Assembly (NCBI RefSeq): GCF_963921235.1
Contig: NC_086097.1
Span: forward strand, 75,394,001 to 75,458,000
Direction of reading: 5' to 3'
Length of the DNA: 64,000 bases
DNA from: Mobula hypostoma
Lineage: Eukaryota
The notes under the pieces are model-generated. The model ran no database searches. It worked only from the letters and a program-made list of their open reading frames with translations, and had not been told where the DNA came from. The stretch's first letter is position 1; each line of letters opens with the position of its first letter. A program made the translations under genes and the position numbers. This document shows, one piece after another, positions 1-10,480 of this stretch.

Positions 1-749
1 TTTTTTAGATGCCTTATTTAGCCTAGTTTTACAGCCATTCTTTATATGCAGAATTTTTTTTAATGGACCAGCAAAATGAAAGTCTAGTAAAGTATGAGTA
101 GTGAGAGGGAACATTTGCATTGTTCCAATATAAGGTTGCATGAATACCGTTTAGAAAGAATGAAGCAAGCATGGTAAAGCTGACAGGTAGAAAATAATAC
201 AATTAGGAGGTCGTAAAAAAAGTGTGAAGAAATAAAGGAGTTCGTATTCCATTAGGCTTTTTACATTCTAAGGGTTAGGTTATAGATAGTTTGATCCATT
301 GATGTTTTCAGTCCCTATCACTCATATACCACTCTCAGTCTCTGACCTCACATTTATTTTTATACCTCTTTTTTGCTTTCTCAAAGCAAAAGTCTATCAA
401 GCTTCATGTAAAAAAAATCAGCCCCTCACTATTTACTGCACAGTTAAATTACTCGTTCCATTAGTAACCTTAGTCCAGAAGAAGATACCACTCTCCAAGC
501 TCTGGGTTAGGAATTCCCAAGTTATCCATTACATCTCACTTTATAGATTTAGCTCAAATATTTTGTATTTTATTGGATATCCTCCCACCATAATGGTGAT
601 ACATGTCTTATATGTACTCACATTTAATGACTCTTCATCACATGTTCTCAGTATTTATTGTTTTCTAGTTTATTATTTTTTTACATTATTGTATTTGCCC
701 AGCTTGCTGTCTTCTGTATGCTGGTTGAACACCCAGGTTGGTGTGGTCC

Positions 750-868
750 TTCGTTGATTCTATTATGGTTATTATTCTCATATGGATTTATTGAAATGTC
801 CAGAAGAAAATTAATCTCGGGGTTGTATATGGTGATGTATAATACATCTACTTTGAACTTTGAACTTT
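750..868 (+). mobile_element. 3' tail fragment of a Rex/Babar-type LINE or its non-autonomous partner
   Basis: Ends in ...ctactttgaactttgaacttt, the same short-repeat tail type as at 14890-14925 and 29657-29692. Confidence 0.5.
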
Positions 869-1800
869 ATACCATGGGGAAAAGCAGCCAGTGGAGATAA
901 AGGCAAAAAAAACACAATTCCTTTTTGAGTGGGACCGCTTTCAGATAAATAATCGAGTAATTAAATTTAATCCAATGGAGTATGTTTATCGCATTCTGTG
1001 CTACCATTTTCTTGATTGTATTTTGCTTCCTTGACTTCATGTCAGTTAGCTAGAAGATTTAGTTTGTGGTTAGGACCACAATAATGTAGGTTATTTTTTT
1101 AAGGCTCTTGACAGTTGACAAATGTGGTGGGGGTGGGGAGGAGGGGGAGCCTGTGTTTTCTGATGGGGAGGTGTAACTGCTCGTAGTAGACTGGGCATAG
1201 GGATCCTTGGCAGGGTATTACTTCTTAACAGTTTGCACTGGGAATGATATCGATACTTGGCCACAATAACACTTTATTTCATTTGAAGAAAAAAATCAGG
1301 CTCCTATTACACTTTGCATGTACTTGAATGAAATACCACTCCTGTTCCAACTACATCAGCACATACAGGCCAGACCATTAATTATCCATGTTTTAGCCAC
1401 CAGCGATTGTTGAGTTCTAGAAATCAATGGAATTCAATGACATTAGTTACAAAGAGTGCAAATTCTGTCTGCATGGGCTGAATATGTCACTTTGGTTTTC
1501 TGAAAAGTTCTCATTCAAAATTCGTTGTGGGAAATAATTGCTCTCAAAGGGTTACATTTTGACCTATTTAAATAAAAAAACAGGGCAGGCACCTGTTTTT
1601 AATTTAAACGAATAAAACTCCTAGCTGTATTGTGGGGCAAGTCAAATTTAAAAGGCACATTAGAAGGGATCATGGAGGAGGGGATGAGCTTGTGACTGAT
1701 TCAGGCTCAGTATCAAGCACCCATCCACAGGAACCTCATTTTCTTGCACTTGGCCCATACCCTGCAATGCCTTAACAATTCATGTGCTTATCCAGGTATA

Positions 1801-2126
1801 GGAGGGGTGATTGATAAGTTTGTGGCCTAAGGCAGAGGAAGTCAATTTTAGAAAACCGAACACATTTATTTTTCCTACTTTTACACGCTTAGTCCAGTGG
1901 TCATGGAGCATACCGATCCCTTCTTTGTAGAAGTCAGCGTCTTGGATCTCCAGAAGTGGTCCACAGCAGGGGTGATTGATAAGTTCGTGGCCTAAAGTAG
2001 AAGGAGATGAGGAGAAACTTCAAACTTACTGCATTTTCACTCAGAGTTGAACTGCTTGTGCATGTAACAAGAGCTGTATAACTCATCTCCTTCTATCTTA
2101 GGCCACGAACTTATCAATCACCCTCG
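1801..2126. mobile_element. Tc1/mariner-type MITE
   Basis: TIRs ggaggggtgattgataagtttgtggcctaag (1801) and cttaggccacgaacttatcaatcaccctcg (ends 2126). TA flanks both ends (1799-1800, 2127-2128). No coding capacity. Confidence 0.85.
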
Positions 2127-2149
2127 TACAGTATGTCCCTGCTGACTAA

Positions 2150-2310
2150 ACACATATTTACATTCATCCCACTTTTTATTCTCCTTGTATTCTTATTAAT
2201 TCCCCAGATTCAACCATTTGCCAACACATTTGGGGTAAATTACAGCAGCTAATTGTTGAGAGACCATGCATCTAAGGGATTTGGGAGGAGGTTAGAACAC
2301 TGGGACATCC
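2150..2310 (-). mobile_element. degraded V-SINE-like fragment
   Basis: Loose reverse-complement similarity to the SINE core at 63660-63730. Confidence 0.35.
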
Positions 2311-2382
2311 CCTGCAATAAGATGCTCTGTAACTGTAACACTTCTTTCTATATTCTATTATTGCTTATCCTTGTGCCACAAA

Positions 2383-2650
2383 TCAGCTATGATCAAATGT
2401 TGGAGTAGACTCGATGGGCTGAATAGCCTAATTCTGCTCCTGTGTCTTATTGTCTTATAGTCTTTTTAAGTGTTAGAATATAGAACACAGAGAAGTACAA
2501 CACAGAGTGGGCCCTTGGGCCCATGATATTTTGCTGACCTTTTAAACTAGTCCACAATCAATCTAACCCTTCCCTCTTTTGTATCCCCAAACCCTTCAAA
2601 TATCTTTCATCTACGAGTTATGTATCTATCTGAGAGTCTTTTAAATAATC
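2383..2650. mobile_element. two short CR1 3'-end fragments, tail to tail (+ 2383-2462, - 2475-2650)
   Basis: gtagactcgatgggctgaatagcctaattctgctcctgtgtcttattgtctta matches the CR1 tails at 4462 and 15250-15310. It is followed by a reverse-strand CR1-type tail. Confidence 0.65.
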
Positions 2651-3164
2651 CAAACTTGCGTCATCTGGTTTTACATGCATGCATTATACAGAAACCTTTC
2701 TTGTTATCCATTTTATCTATAACAGAGGTTACCGACCATTTTTATACCATGGAGCCTTACCATTCACCAAGGTTCCATGGACCCCAAGCTGGGAACTCCT
2801 GATCGATGACTTTCATAGTATTATATATTTATACACTCCCCTCACCCCCCCACTCAGACTCTTCTGGTCCAAGAGAAACAACCCTCCAATCTCTCCTCAT
2901 AACTGAAACTGAGACATTCTTCTTTTTTGGACTTGCACATTTCAGCAGGCGAAGACCAGAGATTGAGTTGTGAGCTGCTGTAAGATGGCTTAGTATAGGT
3001 TTACATCAATGAGTGACAAAGTCCTGGAAGAGCAGGATCAAAAGCACAACAGTCCACACATGCAGCCTTGCCAGAGAGTGGCAAAGTGAGGGGTTTCTGT
3101 TACTCAAGTACTTGGCAGCGATCTGAACATCACTGCCAAGGCCTTCATTTTTTTTTTCTTTGCC

Positions 3165-3600
3165 CATCTACTGGTAAGATGCTAAGCTGTCTCCTTGAAC
3201 TGCTGCAGTATTTCTGGTGGAAGTACTCCCACAGTTAGGGTACACCTTCCAGGAGTTCAACTCAGCAACCATGAGTGAATAGTAACTTCAATTCCAAGTC
3301 AGGTTGCCGGCCAACTTGGAAAAGAACCTGCACTTAATAGTTGTAAACATAAGATATTCTGCAGAATCTGGAAATCCTGATAAAAGTTCTCAGGCTGAAA
3401 CGTCAACTGTTTATTCCCCTATATAAATTATGTGTCACCTGCTGATTTCCTCCAGCATTTTATGTGTCTGCTTGTAGTAGTGCTGCTCCGTGCTTCTGAA
3501 CCCCTTGTCCTTCTTGGTGTTGGAGGTTGTGAGTTTAAGAGGTGTGCCTGGAGGAGACATTAAACCTATACACCATCTGCTCTTGGTTAAGTGTGGAAGT
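3165..3600 (-). mobile_element. old CR1/L2-clade LINE 3' fragment, interrupted by a Penelope-derived insert
   Basis: ctggtaagatgctaagctgtctccttgaactgctgcag is the reverse complement of the tail at 35220-35260. Same family as 31017-32190. Confidence 0.5.
3345..3470 (+). mobile_element. short Penelope-derived pLTR element with degenerate hammerhead core
   Basis: cctgataaaagttctcaggctgaaacgtcaactgtttattcc...cctgctgatttcctccagcattttatgtgt, preceded by an inverted terminal piece (attctgcagaatctggaaatcc). Confidence 0.7.
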
Positions 3601-3614
3601 TCTTGTAACAATAG

Positions 3615-3830
3615 CTTGCCTCAACATCTTGACCAATATTTATCCTTCAGCCTATATCACAAAAACACATTGTTTGATTGTTAGCACATTGATGTTCTGG
3701 GAGCTTGTTGCACATAGATTGGAGATAACTACAGCGACCACACTTCAAAGTATTTTGTTCACTATAAAGTGCTCTGGAATATCCAGAATGGGGTATGTAC
3801 TGTGCTATAAAAATGCAACTCCTTTCTTTA
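3615..3830 (+). mobile_element. ancient Deu-type (SacSINE1-like) SINE, 3' half with L2-like tail
   Basis: Motifs gaccaatatttatccttca, cacattgatgttctgggagcttg, cacacttcaaag and gctataaaaatgcaactcctttcttt. Confidence 0.5.
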
Positions 3831-4369
3831 TGAGCCATTTGGATCTAGGCAATTCTGAAAATGCAATTTCATTAACAAAATAAAAAAAAGCAAGCAATCA
3901 AGAAGCGGCTGGAATAATAATTATTTATCTCTTCTAATGGCTGAAGAGCCACTTAAGCATATCTAAATGTTGGAAAGTTCATTAATACTGCTGTGAAGTC
4001 TGTAATATTTAAACCAAATGACCTACTGTCAAGTTTTGCATTGTTAATCTCTGTTATAGAAAAACAGAAGTAGATTTCTGATGTAGGAGAACGGCATCTC
4101 ATTGTGCAAAGAAGGAAGCAAGCTTGGCAGAAGGTCAAAGCAATGTCAGGCTAGAGGAGGTTTGAAAGAAATTATTTACTGAAAGGCACAAACTAATTAA
4201 GGGAATATTTCTAGCAGAGTAGAGGAACATTTATATGAAGATGATGGAAATAATGAGTAAGATGCATACAAAAATTGTTCTAATGAAGAATATATCACTA
4301 AGGCTTTGGAAATGTTCGGGGATCTCATTTTGGGGGAGGGAAATACAAAATGGAAAAAATGGCACTAAA

Positions 4370-6678
4370 TAGATCCTGAAAACCCTGGATAGAGTGGACG
4401 CAGAGAAGATCTTGCCATTAGCTGGGGAGTCTAGATCCAAGGGCAAGGCTGCAGAATAAGACCTTGAGACCATAAGATATAGGAGCAGAATTAGGCTATT
4501 TGGCCCGTCAAGTCTGCTCCATGATTTTGTCATGGCTGATCCAATTTTTCTCTCAGCCCCAATCTCCTGCCTTCTCCTTGTATCCCTCATGCCCTGACCA
4601 ATCAAGAATCTATTAATCTCTGCCTTAAATATACATAAAGACCTGGTCTCCACAGCTGCCTGTGGTAATGAATTCCAGAGGTTCACCATTCTCAGGCTAA
4701 AGAAATTCCTCCTCATCTCTGTTCTAAAAGGATGACCCTCTAAGCTGAGGCTGTATCCTCTGGTCTCACACTCTCCCACCATAGGAAACATCCTATCCAC
4801 ATCCACTCTACGTAGGCATTTGACCATTCGAAAGGTTTTAATGAGGTCACTCCTCATTCTTCTGAATTCTAGTGAATACTGGCCCAGAGCTATCAAATAC
4901 CATTCAACCCTGAAATCATTTTCGTGAACCTCCTTTGAAACTTCTCTAGGTTCAGCACATCCTTTCTGAGATAATGGCCCAAAACTGCTCACAATACTCC
5001 GTGTGGTCTCATCTGTGCTTTATAAAGTCTCAACGTTACATCCTCACTTTTATATTCTAGTCTTCTTGTAATGAATACTCACATCATGTTTGCCTTCCTC
5101 ACCACAAACCCCACTTGCAATTAACGTTTAGGGAATCCTGTACAAGGACTCCCAAGTTCCCTTGTGTCTCAGGTTTTTGTATTTTATCTTAATTTAGAAA
5201 ATAATCAACCCTTTAATTTCTTCTGCAAAAGTCCATAATCATACACTTCCCAGCACTGTATTACACCTGCCATTTCCTTGTCCATTCTCCTAATCTGTCT
5301 AAGCCCTTCTGTGGTCTCTCTACTTCCTCAAAACTATCTAACCCTCCACCTATCTTCATATCATCTGCAAACTTTGCAACAAAGCCATCAATTCCATCAT
5401 CCAAATCATTGACATATAACATAAAAAGAATCAGTCCCAGTGTAGACCGCTGTGGAAAACCAATAGTCACCAGCAGCCAGTTAGAAAAGGCTCCCTTTAT
5501 TCCCACTATTTTCCTTTTGCCAATCAGCCACTGCCTTATCCATTCTAGAATCTTTCCTGCAATACCATGGGCTTGTAGCTTAATAAGCAGTCTCATGTGT
5601 GGCACCTTGTCAAAGGCCTTCTGAAAATCCAAGTACACAACATCAACTGATTCTCCTTTGTCTATCCTGTTTGTCATTTCTTCAAAGAATTACAACAGAT
5701 TTTTCAGGTAAGATTTTCCCTTAAGGAAACCATGCTGACTACAACCTATTTTATCATGTGTGCCAAGTACCCTGAGACCTCTGCCTTAATAATTGACTCC
5801 AACATCTTCCCAACCACTGAGGTCAGACTAACTGGCCTATGGATCCCTTTCTTCTGCCTCTCTCCCTTCTTGAAGTGTGGGGTGACATTTGCAATTTTCC
5901 AACCTTCCAGAATCATTCCAAAATCTAGTGATCCTTGAAAGATCATTACTAATGCTTCCACAATCTCTTCAGCCACCTCTTTCAGAACCCTGGGGTGTAC
6001 ACCATCTGGTCCAGGTGACTTATCTTCGTTCAGACCTTTCAGTTTCCCAAAAACCTTCTCTCTAGTTATGATAACTTCACACACTTCATGATCCCTGACA
6101 CCTGCAACTTCCACCATACTGGTAGTGTCAAAATACTTATTCAGTTCATCTCTGATGAGAGTATCCACTCTCATCTCTCTTTTACATTTTATGTATTTGA
6201 AGAATGTTTTGGTATCCTCTTTAATATTACTGGCTAGCTTAATTTTGAATTCGATCTTTATCTTCTTAATGACTTTTTTAGTTGCCTTCAGTTGGTTTTC
6301 AAACGCTTCCCACTCCTCACTCATTTTTTGCTCTGATATATGCCCTTTCTTTGGCTTTTATGTTGGTTTTGACTTCTCATGTTAGATATATTTCTCCTTT
6401 AGAATACTTCTTCCTCCTGAAGTACCCTTTAAAACTGAATGTGGAGGAATCTCTTCAGCCCAATGGTGGTGAATCTGTGGAATTCATTTCCACAGAATAC
6501 TGGGCAGGCCAAGTGATTGGATGTATTTAAGGCAGAGATTGACAGGTTCTTGATTGGGAAGGGGGTTTAGGATTACCAAGAGGAGATGGAAGAATAGTAC
6601 TGAAAATAATCAGCCATGATTGAATAGTGGGGCTGAATGGCCAAATTCTGCACCTGTATCTGATGTTTTTATGGTCTA
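4370..6678 (+). mobile_element. older CR1 3' fragment split into 4370-4461 and 6421-6678
   Basis: ...gagtctagatccaagggcaaggctgcagaataag joins to tacccttt...ggtggtgaatctgtggaattc... and a CR1 tail. The two parts are colinear with the CR1 ORF2 C-terminus. Confidence 0.7.
4462..6420 (-). mobile_element. 5'-truncated CR1 LINE (ORF2 RT pseudogene)
   Basis: ORF fragments KSPGPDGVHPRVLKE, VDVVYLDFQKAFDKVPH, KFADD and RNFFSLRMVNLWNSLP. The CR1 3' tail lies at 4462-4560. Confidence 0.95.
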
Positions 6679-7102
6679 CATGCCAAGTATATTAAGGCAT
6701 GCTAGGAAAGATGGGCACTGCAAGATTAAATTTCCAAAGTGCAATGGCTTCAGATATCTAAAAGGGACATGGCAAACCAGTTTTAGAAACAATGGTCTGA
6801 TTCCTCATGAATTGATATAAAAGGTCTCATGTCTATTACACACAAACTGCAAGGGAACCTGCAAAGCATCATCTAACCCAATTTCAAACCTTAGGTTCTG
6901 GCATCAAAAATACATATTGTACTTGTATAGAAGATGCTTATTTTATATGGAATATATGGAATCAGGATGATGCCATTTCAGAGTTCTGATGAATTGTTTC
7001 TGTCTTCATAGATACTGTCCAGATTGTTGTTTTTCCAATGACTTTTGTTTTTATTTCAGATTTTCAAACAGGAACTTACTGTTTCATTTAATTATGTGTG
7101 TT

Positions 7103-9950
7103 TATAGTTACAGAGTCAAAAAGAACTACAGCACAGAAACAGACCATTCAACCCATCTAGTCCATACTGGACTGTTATTCTGCCTACTCCCAACAACCTG
7201 CACCCAGCTCATAGTCCTCCATTTCGCTCCCATCCATGTACCTTCCAAACTTCTATGAAGTGCTGCAGTCAAACCCATATCCACCACTTCTGCTGGTAGC
7301 TTGTTCCACACTCGCACCACCTTTTGAGTGAAGAAGATCCCCCTCAGGTTCCTCTTAAATATTTACCTTTCACCCTTAACCTATGACTTCTAGTTCTCAT
7401 CTCAATGAACCTCACTTGAATTTACCCTATCTATACCTTTCATAAATGTGTATGCCAATGTGTATACCTCTATTCCCTAGAGTGTAGGAAAATGAGGGGA
7501 GATTGATAACGTCCTAAACTATTCAAACTTTCCCTATAACTCTGGTCCTCAATCCTAGCAACATCTTTGTAAATTTTTCTGTACTCTTTCAACCTTACTG
7601 ATATATTTCCTGTGGGTAGGTGACCAGAAATGCACACAATGCTCCGAATTTGGTCTCACCAACGTCTTATACAACTTCGTGTTTGCGTTTTTAAACTGTA
7701 CTTAATACTCTGATTTATGAAGGTAAATCTGCCAAAGTTCTCTTCATAACCCTATCAACCTGTGCTACCACTTTCTAGGGATTTTGGAACTGTATTGCCT
7801 TTGTTTTATCACCCTCCTCAGTGCCTTACTCTTCACTGTGCAAGTCAAGTCATGGTTTGTCCTCCCTATGTGCAATACTTCACAATTGTCTGCATTAAAT
7901 TTCATCTGCCATTTTCTGACCATTTTCCAGCAAGTTCAGATACCACTCCAAGCTTTGTTTGCCTTCTTCGCCATCCAGTGCACCTCTAATCTTTGTGTTA
8001 TCCTCAAATTTGCTGATCCAGTTTAGCGTATAAACATCCAAATCATTGATATAGATGACAAACAATAATGGACCTGGCTCCAATCCCTTCGGCACAATAC
8101 TAGTCATCGGCTCCATTCAGAGAGACAATCATCTACTACCTCTCTCTTGAGTTCTCCCACTAAGCCACAATTGACCTCACCACTATTACAAAACAATCTA
8201 TTTAAGACCTCCTGCTTCCCCTTTAGCTCCATGCATAGATGGTCATGCTCATCTTCAAATGGACCTGTGTTGTCTTTTTCTATCCTTTTGCTCCTAATAT
8301 ATTTGTAGATGCCAAAATGCTGGAGGAACTCAGCAGGCCAGGCAGCATCTATAAAAAAAAGTACAGTCGATGTTTCGGGTCAAAACCCTTCGGCAGGACT
8401 GGAGAGAAAAAGCTGAGGAGTAGCTTTATAAGGTGGGGGGTGGAGAGAGAGACACACAAGGTGATAGGTGAAACCTGGAGGGGGATGGATGAAGTAAAGA
8501 GCTGGGAAGTTGTTCAGTGAAATGAAGTGAGAGATGGAAAAGGGGATGGGAAATGGAGAGCAGGGGGTGGGGGCTGGGGGCCATTACCAGAAGTTTGAAA
8601 AATCAATGTTCATTTCATCGGGTTGAAGGCTACCCAAACAGAATATAAAGTGTTGTTCCTTCAACCTAAGTTTGGCCTCATCACGACAGTGGAGGAGGCC
8701 ATGGATGGACATATCAGAATGGAACGGGAATGGGAAGTGGAATTAAAATGGGTGGCCACTGGGAGATCCTTCTCCCTTCCCCATCTCCTTTCCCCTCTCT
8801 CTCCAATCAACTTCCCAGCTCTTTACTTCATCCCTCCCCCTCCAGGTTTCACCTATCACCTGGTGCTTCTCTCTCTCCTCCCCCCACCTTTTAAATCTAC
8901 TCCTCAGTTTTTTTCTCCAGTCCTGTCGAAGGGTTTCAGCCCAAAACGTCCACTGTTCTTTTTTCTGTAGATGCCGCCTGGCCTGCTGAGTTCCTCCACC
9001 ATTTTGTGTGTTTTGCTCAGATTTCCAGCATTTGCAGATTTTCTCTTGTTTATCTGTAGATGCCCTTGGATTCTCCTTCATCTTGTCTGCCAGAGCAACC
9101 TCATGCCTTCTTTTTGCCCTCAGGATTCTCGCTTCAGTGTTGTCTTGCATTTCTTATACTCCTCAAGTGCCTCATTGCTATGTATCTCTTCTTCTTCTTA
9201 ACCAGAGCCTCAATCCCACTCAAAAACCAAGCTTCCCTAAGTCTATTAGTCTTGCCCATTATTCTAACAGGGACATAAAAACTGTGTACTCTCGATATTT
9301 CACTTTTGAATCCCTCTCAATAAACAAACATCCCTTTGCCAGGAAACCACCTATCCCAATCCACACTTCCATCAAAATTGGCCTTTCTCCAATTGAGATT
9401 CTCATCCTACCCTTCTCCATAATTATCTTGAAACTAATGGAATTGTGATCACTAGATCTGAAGTAATCCCCTACTCTGTCACCTGCCTTGTCTCATTCCG
9501 TAATAGGAGATCCAGCATATGATGGAATAGAGTTTGTCAAATGTGTTCAGGAAAGTTTCTTTCATCAATATGTTGTTGCAGCCCCTATATATTGATGAAG
9601 AAAACTTTTCTGAACACATTTAACAACCATCTAGTGCTTTTATGTGGAAAGTTATCATCATCTACTAATGCCATCTTATTTTTCTTGCAACTGTCTGCTA
9701 TTTGTCTATATATTTGCTCTTCTAATCCTGCTATTGGGAGGTCTATAATATAATCCAATTAACATGGTCATCCCTTTCTTCTTCCTTAATTCCATCCATA
9801 TAGCTTCAGTAGACAAGCCCTATAGTCTGTCCTGTCTGAGTACTGCCATGACGTTTTCCCTGATGAGTAATGCCACCCCTCCCCCTTTAATTCTTCTGCC
9901 TCCATCATGTATAAAACAGAATCCCAGGATTGTTTAGTTCTCCTTTCCTA
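7103..9950 (-). mobile_element. degraded CR1 LINE (endonuclease to RT and 3' UTR), internally deleted and interrupted
   Basis: ORF pieces VRVWNKLPAEVV, GPLLFVIYINDLD..KFEDNTKI and RAKRRHEVALADKMKENP. The tail is at ~7103. Confidence 0.9.
8314..9050. mobile_element. Penelope-like element with inverted pLTRs (fold-back), inserted in CR1
   Basis: ~230-bp inverted arms (about 8314-8545 and 8775-9006). The centre holds the GIY-YIG C-terminal region on the minus strand. A 14-bp TSD tat(t/c)tgtagatgcc lies at 8300-8313 and 9051-9064. Confidence 0.85.
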
Positions 9951-10228
9951 CATCTAATCTTAGAGAGAGCCAACTTGGTGCAATGTACTCACATCCGTGC
10001 CAGCAGTATAATCGCATTAATATTATCATATTGAGAGATCCCACTGGATAGGTTTAACTGGGTTTTGTTGGAGCTAAATCACTTATAACATTGTAGCTTC
10101 TTGCTTCTATTCTTTTACATTGCCCTTTCTTTTCCACCAAGCAGCATTTACACTGTAAATGAGCATAGGGAACTGAAGGGTTTATACTGAAATAATATTT
10201 TAGAGCCACCATAAAATATATAGAAAAT

Positions 10229-10480
10229 TTTATTTTTTATTTTTATTTTATTTAGAGATGCAGTGCAGAATAGATCCTTCCAGCTCTTTGATCAACCTCA
10301 GATTTAACCCTTGCCTAGCTTAATTGTGGGACAATTCACAATGACCAATTAACCTCCTAACCAGCATGTGGGAGAAAACTGGAGCACCTAGAGAAAACCC
10401 ACACGTACCTTGGGGTTTTCCTTCCAAAACCCTTACAGAAGATGCCGGGAGTGAACTCCAAACTCTGAGGCCCCAAGCTC
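10229..10480 (-). mobile_element. V-SINE (HE1-like) tRNA-derived SINE
   Basis: tgtgggagaaaactggagcacctagagaaaacccacacg is the reverse complement of the V-SINE core. It has a (TTTA)n tail and is homologous to 63557-63843. Confidence 0.75.

Noticed and set aside
299..900. ORFs of 152 and 80 aa
   Set aside because: Low-complexity hydrophobic translation of AT-rich DNA, partly a repeat tail, with no recognisable domain.
1125..1170. G-rich run resembling a G-quadruplex
   Set aside because: Irregular G tracts, common by chance, with no supporting context.
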